Part shown: piece after piece, positions 26,097 through 36,085 of the stretch
How positions within the stretch are numbered: position 1 is the stretch's first letter
Layout of the letters: the number at the start of each line of letters is the position of its first letter
Assembly: GCF_021869535.1 (NCBI RefSeq)
Contig: NW_026262709.1
Location: 62,001-126,000, forward strand
Origin: Mytilus californianus
Taxonomy: Eukaryota
Direction: 5' to 3'
DNA: 64,000 nucleotides
Position numbers and translations under genes: made by a program
Notes under the pieces: model-generated
Told to the model about the DNA's origin: nothing
Database searches by the model: none
Seen by the model: the letters and a program-made list of their open reading frames with translations, nothing else

Positions 26097-26873
26097 TTAT
26101 TCTTTATCTTTCCTGTATCTTTTCTCATCTTTTTCGTTAAGACCATCAGGTTCTAAAGTGTGGAGTTGGTGGATCCAAAAATTTTCTCTTCTCCTTCTCG
26201 CCGTGGTGTCCCACTCGGTGTTGACTTCTATGATTTGGAAGGTAACATTATCAAAAGAATGTTTCGTTGAACGAAGATGTCTTGTGAGAGGACAGTTTTT
26301 GTTGGTTTTGTACCATGAACGATGGTTATTGAGCCGAATATTAAATTTGTCCATTGTTTCTCCCACATACTGAATGCCACATGTGTCACATGTTAATATA
26401 TAAATTGAGTTCTCCGTTTTACAGTTGGAATTTGAGTAGATGGTATAATTTTGTTTAGTAACGGAGCTGATGAAAGAACTGCTTGTATTGGCAGCTTTAC
26501 AACACAAGCAGTTCCTTCGACCACATTGTTTGTAGCAACCGGGAGATGGAGTAGGCTGCTTTGCTAATACAGATGTCACTAATTTGTCACGGATGTTTTT
26601 AGGTCTTCTGAAGGCCATGACTGGTGGTGAGGAAAATACTTTTTTAAGATTTGAATCATTTTCTATAATTTTCCAATGCTTCTGAACAATGGAAGACACA
26701 TTTTTAAAATCAGGATGGTAAGTGAGTACAAGGGGTGTTCTGTTAGCTGCTTTATTCTTATCTTTGTACTCTAGAAGTTCTTGGCGACTAGTTTTGTTTG
26801 CTCTTTCGAAAGCGCTATCAATGATGTTGTTATTGTATCCTCGAACAACTAGATGTTTACGTAGTTGTCTTTC
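26097..26873 (-). CDS. PLE 1: RT C-terminus plus GIY-YIG endonuclease (5'-truncated)
   Basis: ORF track 26097-26894; bases above ~26873 belong to the inverted arm. Confidence 0.9.
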   Translation of the reverse strand, partial: ERQLRKHLVVRGYNNNIIDSAFERANKTSRQELLEYKDKNKAANRTPLVLTYHPDFKNVSSIVQKHWKIIENDSNLKKVFSSPPVMAFRRPKNIRDKLVTSVLAKQPTPSPGCYKQCGRRNCLCCKAANTSSSFISSVTKQNYTIYSNSNCKTENSIYILTCDTCGIQYVGETMDKFNIRLNNHRSWYKTNKNCPLTRHLRSTKHSFDNVTFQIIEVNTEWDTTARRRRENFWIHQLHTLEPDGLNEKDEKRYRKDKE

Positions 26874-27248
26874 ATCAGCTCCGTTACTAAACAAAATTAT
26901 ACCATCTACTCAAATTCCAACTGTAAAACGGAGAACTCAATTTATATATTAACATGTGACACATGTGGCATTCAGTATGTGGGAGAAACAATGGACAAAT
27001 TTAATATTCGGCTCAATAACCATCGTTCATGGTACAAAACCAACAAAAACTGTCCTCTCACAAGACATCTTCGTTCAACGAAACATTCTTTTGATAATGT
27101 TACCTTCCAAATCATAGAAGTCAACACCGAGTGGGACACCACGGCGAGAAGGAGAAGAGAAAATTTTTGGATCCACCAACTCCACACTTTAGAACCTGAT
27201 GATCTTAACGAAAAAGATGAGAAAAGATACAGGAAAGATAAAGAATAA
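26868..27248 (+). CDS. PLE 1: inverted duplicate of the GIY-YIG domain
   Basis: ORF 26865-27248 is identical to the minus-strand copy except LEPDD vs LEPDG. Confidence 0.9.
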   Translation, partial: SFISSVTKQNYTIYSNSNCKTENSIYILTCDTCGIQYVGETMDKFNIRLNNHRSWYKTNKNCPLTRHLRSTKHSFDNVTFQIIEVNTEWDTTARRRRENFWIHQLHTLEPDDLNEKDEKRYRKDKE

Positions 27249-27446
27249 TTTAGTACACAGCATCGTCCTTTTTATCCTGTAATATTGGCCAATGGACGTT
27301 GCTAACTTCAACTACCAATTTTGTAAAAATCTTGAACTTCATCCAAATTATGTATTATTTTCAAGGCAGCTAAATTCAAGTGCAACATATACATTGAGCT
27401 GCAAAAGTTTCTTATCATCTACATCCGATTTCACCTGGATAGATGC

Positions 27447-27485
27447 ACGCTTGATAAAGCTAGTTAGTCTAGCGAAATATTGCGT
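27447..27485 (+). ncRNA. PLE 1 terminal hammerhead motif with U3-A8 core variant (mirror copy at 25860-25898, minus strand)
   Basis: ACGC-TTGATAA-A-GCTAG ttagt CTAGC-GAAA-TAT-T-GCGT: 4-bp stem I, perfect 5-bp stem II, palindromic AATATT stem III, AUU triplet. Confidence 0.7.
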
Positions 27486-27567
27486 TTATTTTCATCATTT
27501 TGTAAATATTTTAAACATTCTTATATTTACATACTAAATAGTGTGTTAAAATTACATTGTTAGGCAA

Positions 27568-27603
<36 letters not shown>

Positions 27604-27883
27604 TCTAGAGATTTGCACAACGATACTAATATAAGATGGTATTATACGAAGATGTTGTTAATAAATCGTGTTGACAAATATTTCGGCTTAACAAATAGCC
27701 TTCTTCGGTGTCAATTATTTTAACAATACTGATAATATGTATAAAAATAGCTCAATAATACAGGTAAGTTTTGGTCTATTGATTTAATCCAAAATCCTGA
27801 ACATCATAATATTAAACAAAACTCAATACTCATATATACGTGACTGTGTATATTTACAACCCAAAATGAGTGAAAAATAAAAC

Positions 27884-28189
27884 TTAGTATTTTTTATTGA
27901 TGCCGTTTGGATGATGTACATTTAGTTCCTTTATCCAAAAGCTTTCCCGAACCTGTCGCTGGGCATCACTCCAGTGAATGTTCTGTTCAATCACTAGGAT
28001 CTTCATGCGGTTAAAGTCATCAAGTGTGTGACCAGACTGTCTGAAATGCTGAGAAACTGGGAGAATTGGCTTCTTAGAGATATCACTCCTATGGCCATTG
28101 AGGCGTTTGTGGAAAGGCTGCTTTGACTCACCAACATATTGGAGGCCACAAACCGAACATTCTAGAATGTAAATAACATTCATACTTTT
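27884..28189 (-). CDS. PLE 2: inverted duplicate of the GIY-YIG domain
   Basis: ORF track 27884-28183 matches the C-terminus of 30018-30521 (one L/I difference). Confidence 0.9.
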   Translation of the reverse strand, partial: KSMNVIYILECSVCGLQYVGESKQPFHKRLNGHRSDISKKPILPVSQHFRQSGHTLDDFNRMKILVIEQNIHWSDAQRQVRESFWIKELNVHHPNGINKKY

Positions 28190-28191
28190 AA

Positions 28192-30521
28192 AGAAAATTC
28201 CGTAGGGATGGCATCGAACATATCAATCCTTCTTTACCATCTGAAAAAAAGAGAAAACGAGTAAGACGCTTTAAACGTAGGTCACTAGAGACTGATTCGC
28301 CCTCCAACATTGTGGTCAATCTTTCCAAACACCAGTTAACGGAAGCTGAAACATCTCTTCTCTCGAGAGGCTTAAATTTCGGTCCTTTACCTGCCCCTCT
28401 CAATGAAACTAAATTGTCGGAAGACCTTGACAATTTTGCCAGAAGTCTACGCATTAAGGAATATTTCGCGTCGAAGGAGAACAACAACAGATGCTCGGAT
28501 AGCGACTCAGAAATTTCAGAAGACGAAAACAACTACAATTTTATAAAAAAGAGTACTTGGATCCCTAAACCGAGCAAAAATGCCACCTTGGAATCATTTA
28601 TTGACAATTTTAAGTCGGACATTATTAGAAATACTAGAAATAACAATAAACCTTTTGACAATCTTACCAATGAAGAACGAACTGCACTGAAAAACTTACG
28701 ATCTAACGACAATATCGTCATTAAACCTGCAGACAAAGGCAGTGCAGTGGTTGTCATGGATAAATCTGCCTATATTCAAGAGGCTGAACGACAACTTGGC
28801 GATGCAAGGTTCTACCAAAAACTAGACTCTGATCCTACAACATCGTTTAGCAGAGAAATAACTGATAGTTTGGTAGAAATGCACAACGATGGTTTCATCG
28901 ATGAAAAGACTCTAGAATATTTGAAACCAGAAAATCCAAAACCGGGCAGATTTTATCTTTTACCTAAAATTCATAAGGCCAATAACCCAGGAAGACCTAT
29001 AGTTTCAGCGAACGGTCATCCGACGGAAAAAATATCGGAATTCGTTGACTTCCATCTTCGTCAACATGTTGAGGACTTACCATCTCACATCAAAGATACT
29101 ACCGATTATCTTAGAAAATTGCAGGCCTTAAATCCACTCCCCTCCGACACGACACTTGTCTCTATGGACGTCACCTCCCTCTACACAAATATTCCACATG
29201 CAGATGGCATTGATGCATGTAAAGAAGTTTTGAATTCCCGACCAGTGAAATATCCACCTACTGAATGCCTGGTCAAAATGCTCACGCTGGTACTCAAAAA
29301 CAACAACTTCACTTTTGATGGAGACCATTATCTGCAAGTTAATGGAACTGCTATGGGCACCAAAATGGCTCCATCATATGCCAACATATTTATGGGCAAA
29401 TTAGAAAAACAACTCCTTGAATCTTCCATTGAAAAACCGCTTTCCTGGTTTAGATTTATAGATGATGTGGATATGAAATGGAATAAAAGTGACGAGGATT
29501 TAGATACATTCATCACTCATGCCAACAACATACATCCAAGTATCAAATTTACTCATGAGAAATCTAAATCCAAAATCACCTTCCTCGATACCTCCAGCTC
29601 GCTCACAGATGGCATCATATCCACTGATCTATATTCTAAGCCTACTGACACTCACCAATATCTGTCCCCTAAAAGTTGCCATCCTGCTCATTGTACTAAG
29701 AGCATCCCGTACAGTCAGGCACTCAGAGTCAAGCGAATATGTTCCAACTCAGAAACAACTAAAAAACAACTACGTCAACTCGAAACCAGCTTGAAGAGAA
29801 GGGGCTACAAACACAAAACTATACAAAAAGGCTTTCAGAAAGCGGAAACTATTCCAAGGAGTAAACTGTTAGAATACAAATATAAAAAGAAAATAAAAGG
29901 ACTCCATGTGTTCTTACTTACCACCCATCTCTCAAAAACAGCTTCGGTGTCATTCGTGAGCATTGGAAAACAGTTGAAAAGAATTCCAAACTATCCAAGA
30001 TTTTTCCCGAGCCTCCCATGATAGCTTTTAGGCAACCCAATAGTCTGCGTAACCTGCTGGTGCGGGCTGAAGTGTCTGATAATACAAGTACGTCTGAAGA
30101 ATGTCGTTCGTGTGATGAAAAACGCAGCAAATGCTGCCTACAGATGCATCACTCATCAACTTTTCACAGTAAGGCAACCGAAAATAACTATAAGATATTT
30201 TGCAATGCTAACTGCAAAAGTATGAATGTTATTTACATTCTAGAATGTTCGGTTTGTGGCCTCCAATATGTTGGTGAGTCAAAGCAGCCTTTCCACAAAC
30301 GCCTCAATGGCCATAGGAGTGATATCTCTAAGAAGCCACTTCTCCCAGTTTCTCAGCATTTCAGACAGTCTGGTCACACACTTGATGACTTTAACCGCAT
30401 GAAGATCCTAGTGATTGAACAGAACATTCACTGGAGTGATGCCCAGCGACAGGTTCGGGAAAGCTTTTGGATAAAGGAACTAAATGTACATCATCCAAAC
30501 GGCATCAATAAAAAATACTAA
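28192..30521 (+). CDS. PLE 2 polyprotein: reverse transcriptase plus GIY-YIG endonuclease, one -1 frameshift at ~29884-29898
   Basis: RT motifs FYLLPKIHK..PGRPIVS, MDVTSLYTNI, GTAMGTKMAPSYAN, WFRFIDD, FLD. After the A-run the shifted frame reads RTPCVLTYHP...PPMIAFRQP..L (homologous to PLE 1), then CRSC..CC and VIYILECSVCGLQYVGES. The frame is open from 28192 with no ATG (truncated). Confidence 0.93.
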
Positions 30522-30690
30522 GTTTAATTTTTCACTCATTTTGGGTTGTAAATATACACAGTCACGTATATTTGAGTATTGAGTTTTGTTTTATATTATG
30601 ATGTTCAGGATTTTGGATTAAATCAATAGACCAAAACTTACCTGTATTATTGAGCTATTTTTATACATATTATCAGTATTGTTAAAATAA

Positions 30691-30734
30691 TTGACACCGA
30701 AGAAGGCTATTTGTTAAGCCGAAATATTTGTCAA
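30691..30734 (+). ncRNA. PLE 2 terminal hammerhead motif with C4 variant (mirror copy at 27671-27714, minus strand)
   Basis: TTGACA-CCGAAGA-A-GGCT atttgtta AGCC-GAAA-TAT-T-TGTCAA: perfect 6-bp stem I, 4-bp stem II, palindromic AATATT stem III. Confidence 0.7.
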
Positions 30735-30892
30735 CACGATTTATTAACAACATCTTCGTATGATACCATCTTATATTAGTATCGTTGTGCAAATCTCTAG
30801 ACTTATATAATTTTTTTCCTTATCTGCACAGTATCGTCTATTCTAGACGATCCGGTACATATTAAATTTGCTGGTTGGTCCTTTTTATAGAC

Positions 30893-30958
<66 letters not shown>

Positions 30959-32604
30959 TTATATGTGTGTGTGTCCTTCATTGTTTTGTTAAGTTATATT
31001 GGTGTTGTGATTAATATGAAAGAAGGAAACATTTAGAAAATATTCTCAATGTAGTTTCACAGGAGAAGGTTTTGGAATCTTACCAATGAGTAACAACGAT
31101 TGGCACTTAAGGAGAGGTGTTATTCATACGATCAGAATGATATAACGAGAATTGTCTGTAGATGGTCTGCTATACTATATTAAAATTATGCGGGTTTTGT
31201 TTACACTCACCAATCTGCAATGATCAAAAAGCATTTCTGAACAATGTTTTTCAATCTGCCATGTATCATTCGTGTCAATTTGGTTAATGACTATAAAGTT
31301 TAGGAGAAAATTCCATAGTGTTTCAACTATATGTCAAAGGTGCCGCAATGGTTATCATCCTATCAACGTTAAATGTGGGTCGAATGTAGGATGTTTTCAA
31401 ATTGCATCCTCTCTAGTTTAACCATTTCAACAATATTATTTTGGATGAAATATTTTTTTTAGGAATTTAACAATTAGAATCAAAGGTTGCCTCTTGCAAC
31501 CATGCTTTTAATTAGTTTACAATTAAGCCAGTATCAGTGTTTTCCGCTAAAGCAATAATGTTACAGATAAGTCCAGTAGCAGAAACCGATCTGTCTAGAT
31601 TTTGTATGAAATAACAACATTTTGAGGCAGAAATGCAATTCATGTGTAAGTCTTTCCATTAAAAAAAAAAAAAAAAAAAAAAAAAATGTGTGCTTTCATC
31701 GCATTATTTAAACTTTTTTTTTTCGCAAAAAAGAGAAAAATAGAACTACATGTATCCCTAAAAATTGATTGTTACAGCATGTTCCATATAATTCCATGTT
31801 TGAAATAAAGAACCTAATAAACCACTTTTAGTTTATAAAAAGAATCAGTTCAAGTTTTTGTTTATACTAACACCAAAACGTTTTTGGTACTTTTCTGTGA
31901 AATACGGGACATATAATTTGCGACTTCTGATTGACAAAATGTCGCGTCTGGTGTTTCAAATTAAAATGTTTTATACTAATGCCAATCAATGAAATTGTGG
32001 TTTATATTAAATAGTTCATGAAACTAGTTAATACATCGCCACACCAAGTTCATATGTCTTCCATCCTAAAGCAGAAAACAGTATCATGTCTTAAGAATAT
32101 ACTAATGTAAATTTGTTAAAAAGGTCAAAAGGTTAAACATCAAATTGACATTTGATATTGACCTTTATTTTAACGAAGTAGGTCTTGGATTTCAAATCAA
32201 AAGACCATAGGTCTGTAATATGTATGGTTGATAAGTAATTCTGATTGCAAATAGCTAAAATGAAGAAAAAAGAGCACATAGTCACCAAAAGCACTTCGAC
32301 CCAAATGTAAGGAAATTGGGCCATGTCGTAACAAATAATTTGGCAAAATCCTTTTGTCGTTTTTTGTTACAGTTTCTAAGGAATAACGATAACAAGGTAA
32401 GTGATATATATATAACATGACATTGACCTTTTGCCTGTGAACTTCATTTCATGTTCATTGACCAAGAACATATATCAATAGACTTTAGGTCTGCACGAAT
32501 TACGGTTTAAAAGTTATATTGATATATCACTGATGTCAAGTGTGAAAATTATATGTCACTAAATCGCTTTGGAGGTATCTCAGTAGACGATGTAGAATAC
32601 AAGA

Positions 32605-32880
32605 ATACAGAATGGAAACGAAGAATGTGTCAAAGAGACAACAAAACTACAAAAAAGCAGAAAACAGCTCTAGGCCACCAATAGGTCTTCAACACAGCAG
32701 GAAAATCCGACACTCGGACGCGTGCTTCAGCTGGCTTCTAAACAATAACGTATACTAGTTCAGCGAATTGGATGCCTCACTAAACTAATACAAACTTGTA
32801 ATTTAAAAAAACACACAAACAAACAAGACTAACATATTTTGTGAGACCTCAACTCTCCCTTTACATTTCTAGCCACACTA
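32605..32880 (+). repeat. Interspersed repeat 'C' (GAATGGAAA.G..GAATGTGTCAAAGAGACAACAAC...)
   Basis: Diverged copy of ~39303-39660. Confidence 0.7.
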
Positions 32881-33625
32881 ACTAAAACTAGTTTGTATCA
32901 ATTCACCGAGATGGAGAGATAATAATAATGACAATGATAATAAATATTCAAACAATGTCACAGTTGTGTAGTACATACGTTTTATAATAGTACCTTTCGC
33001 GACCATCAAAACACCAAAGATAACATGACAGGAACTCTGTACTACATTTTACATGGCTGTACAAATTTAAATATAAAATTTTATAGTTAAATTGAATGTA
33101 TACTCTAGTAATCTTATTCATTCCATACATGTATATAATGATGGTTTAAAATGTGACTTTTAATTAATGTTAATTTGTTTTTTTCTATGCATATTACACA
33201 TAGGAATACGAAAACCAAAATTATGTTCAATGAAATCTTTCATCATCCGAAATTTGATGAAAACATGTTTTTGGTTTGAACATTCAGTATTTGTGAGTTC
33301 TGTGTTTTAGAATTATTTAATGTTATTTCCTTTTAAAATTACACGAAGTGAAGAAATTCACGTACCTTCATTGTAGCCAGATCGACATCACATTGTGTTT
33401 AATTGTTAACCGGGAAGTACAGGACATACCGTTTGTGTAAACATTCGTTTTATATGTCGTAAGTATGTTAAGGTAGAGCAGTCAAGCATACAAACTCCAT
33501 TCATGTATTGATACATTCAAACACACATTATAGATTTCTAATGTAAAGAAAAGTGATAATAAATTATTTAAAAAACTGAATGTCAACTTTAAAAGTTGTT
33601 GATGATCATCAGATTAAACGACCAA

Positions 33626-33628
<3 letters not shown>

Positions 33629-33696
<68 letters not shown>
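33629..33696. repeat. (TC)n microsatellite
   Basis: About 34 uninterrupted TC units. Confidence 0.98.
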
Positions 33697-33701
<5 letters not shown>

Positions 33702-34404
33702 TAATCATTAGTTAAACCAATGCAGAGTTTCAAATCAAAACAGTAACTAAATTTTCCTCGCATAACCATGAACCAACTTTATAATGTTCATCGTAGGGAC
33801 AATTATAATTGTGGATGTAACTTTTGCTTGTGATAACTAAACGATTAGAAAAGGCTTACTGATACTGTTTTTCGTGTAGCTGAGTCGTTAAAATGGACAT
33901 ACTGGTATAGTATAATCAATACACGTGCTGAACATGTACAGACATATTAGCATAAAATACGTGTAAAAAGCTAGAGAATCTGTATTGCACTCCGGGTATC
34001 TTTTGCACAATAATGTCATTCTCGTACTTAATAAAAGCCTCACTGTCAGCAGAAATTTTCACTGTTCTGCCTCAGCAAAACTGTAGGAATGCCAAAATAT
34101 CTGTGAGTAACGCTATCGCTGGATTCTTGCTTATTGTTTCGAAAATGATTATGCGACGTTTGAGGAAGGTCAGATGTATGTTTCAAAGGACATACGAACA
34201 GACAAATAAACACATTTAAGCGAGGGGTACATGTAAAAAATGCGGAAGTAAATAGGTAAACAATTATGATAAATACAAAATACAATCCAAGATGTGCCAT
34301 TGGTGTTAACACTTTCAATAGAAGTTCGAAAACTACACTAATTGCGTTATTGATAGCTTCCGAGTTTGAAAAGACACAATTATTAAAGATATTAATACAG
34401 TAAA

Positions 34405-34985
34405 AGTAAAATCACAAACATACTGAACTCCGAGGAAAATTCAAAAAAAGGAAAGTCCCTAATCAAATGGCAAAATCAAAAGCTCAAACACATCAAACGA
34501 ATGGATAACAACTGTCATATTCCTGACTTGGTACAGGCATTTTCTTATGTAGATAATGGTGGTTTAAACCTGGTTTCAAAGCTAGCTAAACCTCTCACTT
34601 GTATGACAGTCGCATCAAATTCCATTATATTGAAAACGATGTGTGAACAAAACAAACAGACACAATAGGTAAAAATGACACAAATAGGGGTACAACAGCA
34701 ACACGAACCGTACCAAAAACTGGGGGTAATCTCAGGTGCTCCGAAAGGGTAAGCATATCCTGCTCCACATGTGGCACCTGTCGTGTTGCTCATGTTATTA
34801 CAAAGCCGGTAAATAGTCTAATTCGGTAGGTCACATTCGTGAAAAGGGAACGGGATTGTAGTTACGACATAAGGAACATATCCGATATCATCTGTGAAAC
34901 GGATATTCCATAACGGTCAACCAACTCGTGATGGTGTATGTAAAATTTACGAAGTGATGATTTCAACTGCACCATTTAGAACTCC
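34405..34985 (-). mobile_element. 3' end of a Naiad-like PLE joined to repeat 'A'
   Basis: On the minus strand: RT C-terminal ..KFYIHHHELVDRY.., then TGTGGAGCAGGATATGCTTACCCTTTCGGAGCACC, then repeat A ending TTTTACTTT. Confidence 0.75.
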
Positions 34986-35986
34986 TAAGATCGTCCCTGC
35001 TAAGCATACATAGACGTATTCATATTCCTTAAGCTGCCATGATTATAAGTTGCTGATTTACTACTATTCGTATATTTATATTTAGCAATACTAAAGTTTT
35101 ACTCTCTGTGTGAGTTTCAAATAAATCAACATTAAAACTTTGTGAATATGTATCGATGGTCATGAAAAGGCTTCATTTCCCTGATTTCTAACTTGTTCTG
35201 TCGTCTAATCTAATACTTCGGATAAAAACATTGCAATTTGCGTGTTGTACACTGTACAAAAATTTCGACACTATGCTTAGAATGTCTATGCATATTAACG
35301 GTCAGAGCCATGAAACATAAACTATAGAGTTTTCTGAAAGCTTGTACAAAAACCTACAACACTAATTCAATGAACTATTTATTTCATTTTATAATATACT
35401 TAGAGTAAATAACTAATAATTTTTACAGTATGATAATAGCATTAAATTTACGTGAGTTCCATATTTTCCGAAATGATGTTTAGCGGGCTGATATGAAAAA
35501 TTAATCCAATGCCTCCGGCTATTATCACATGCCTTTCCGTAATGTTATCGCATGGCATTCCGGCATTACTCGTCAAATTTCGGAAAATACATCTCAACGG
35601 TACGTTTTCAGTGAAAAACATAACAGAGTAGGGTACAAAACAATTATTAAGGAACAGGAAAATATATAATGTAAAATGCAAAATCAAATGATACAATAAA
35701 TGCATATTTCAAAGTTTCCAGCATAATTTAGAAAGTTACATTACAAATGTAGGCTTTAATTATGTTTTGTTGAATTTTTTTATCGTCAATATGAAAATCA
35801 ATATAACTGTTGATATGACAGTTGATGCATATGATAGAAAGATTTCATATCGGATGTATTACATTTGGCGTCCGACGTCCGTAAACTTTTCATTTTTTTA
35901 ACTTCTACTTGAGATACACTTAAAATGATAAATATATTAAACTGTTATTTTTCTCCATTGTTGAAGCATATGATAAAAAGATCATA

Positions 35987-36085
35987 ACATGTCATTTTTC
36001 ATATCAGATGTATTATCAGCCCTCGGCTCTTGGGCTGATATTGAACCTTGGGCTGATAATACATCTGATATGAAAAATGACATGT
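35987..36085. repeat. Perfect 36-bp inverted repeat with a 27-nt spacer (hairpin core of a non-autonomous DNA element)
   Basis: ACATGTCATTTTTCATATCAGATGTATTATCAGCCC (35987-36022) and its reverse complement (36050-36085). The spacer holds a third GGGCTGATA. Confidence 0.9.

Larger units (their letters stand above)
25683..27573 (-). mobile_element. Penelope-like element 1 (Neptune-type), 5'-truncated with inversion
   Basis: The minus-strand ORF 26097-26894 encodes an RT thumb (RGY...TPLVLTYHP), a Cys-rich linker (CYKQCGRRNCLCC) and GIY-YIG (IYILTCDTCGIQYVGET...RLNNHR...RENFWI). Inverted arms 25772-26477 and 26868-27573 (706 bp) are nearly identical. Flanked by (TA)n on both sides. Confidence 0.93.
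27596..30895 (+). mobile_element. Penelope-like element 2 (Neptune-type), near-complete RT plus GIY-YIG with a 5' inverted pLTR arm
   Basis: Inverted arms 27596-28189 and 30216-30809 (594 bp, ~5-6 mismatches); RT and EN ORFs; (TA)n at both outer ends. Confidence 0.95.

Noticed and set aside
27292-27537. Duplicated 81-aa ORF (also 25808-26053) in the PLE 1 3' region
   Set aside because: It is duplicated only because it lies in the inverted arms, overlaps the HHR, and has no recognisable domain.
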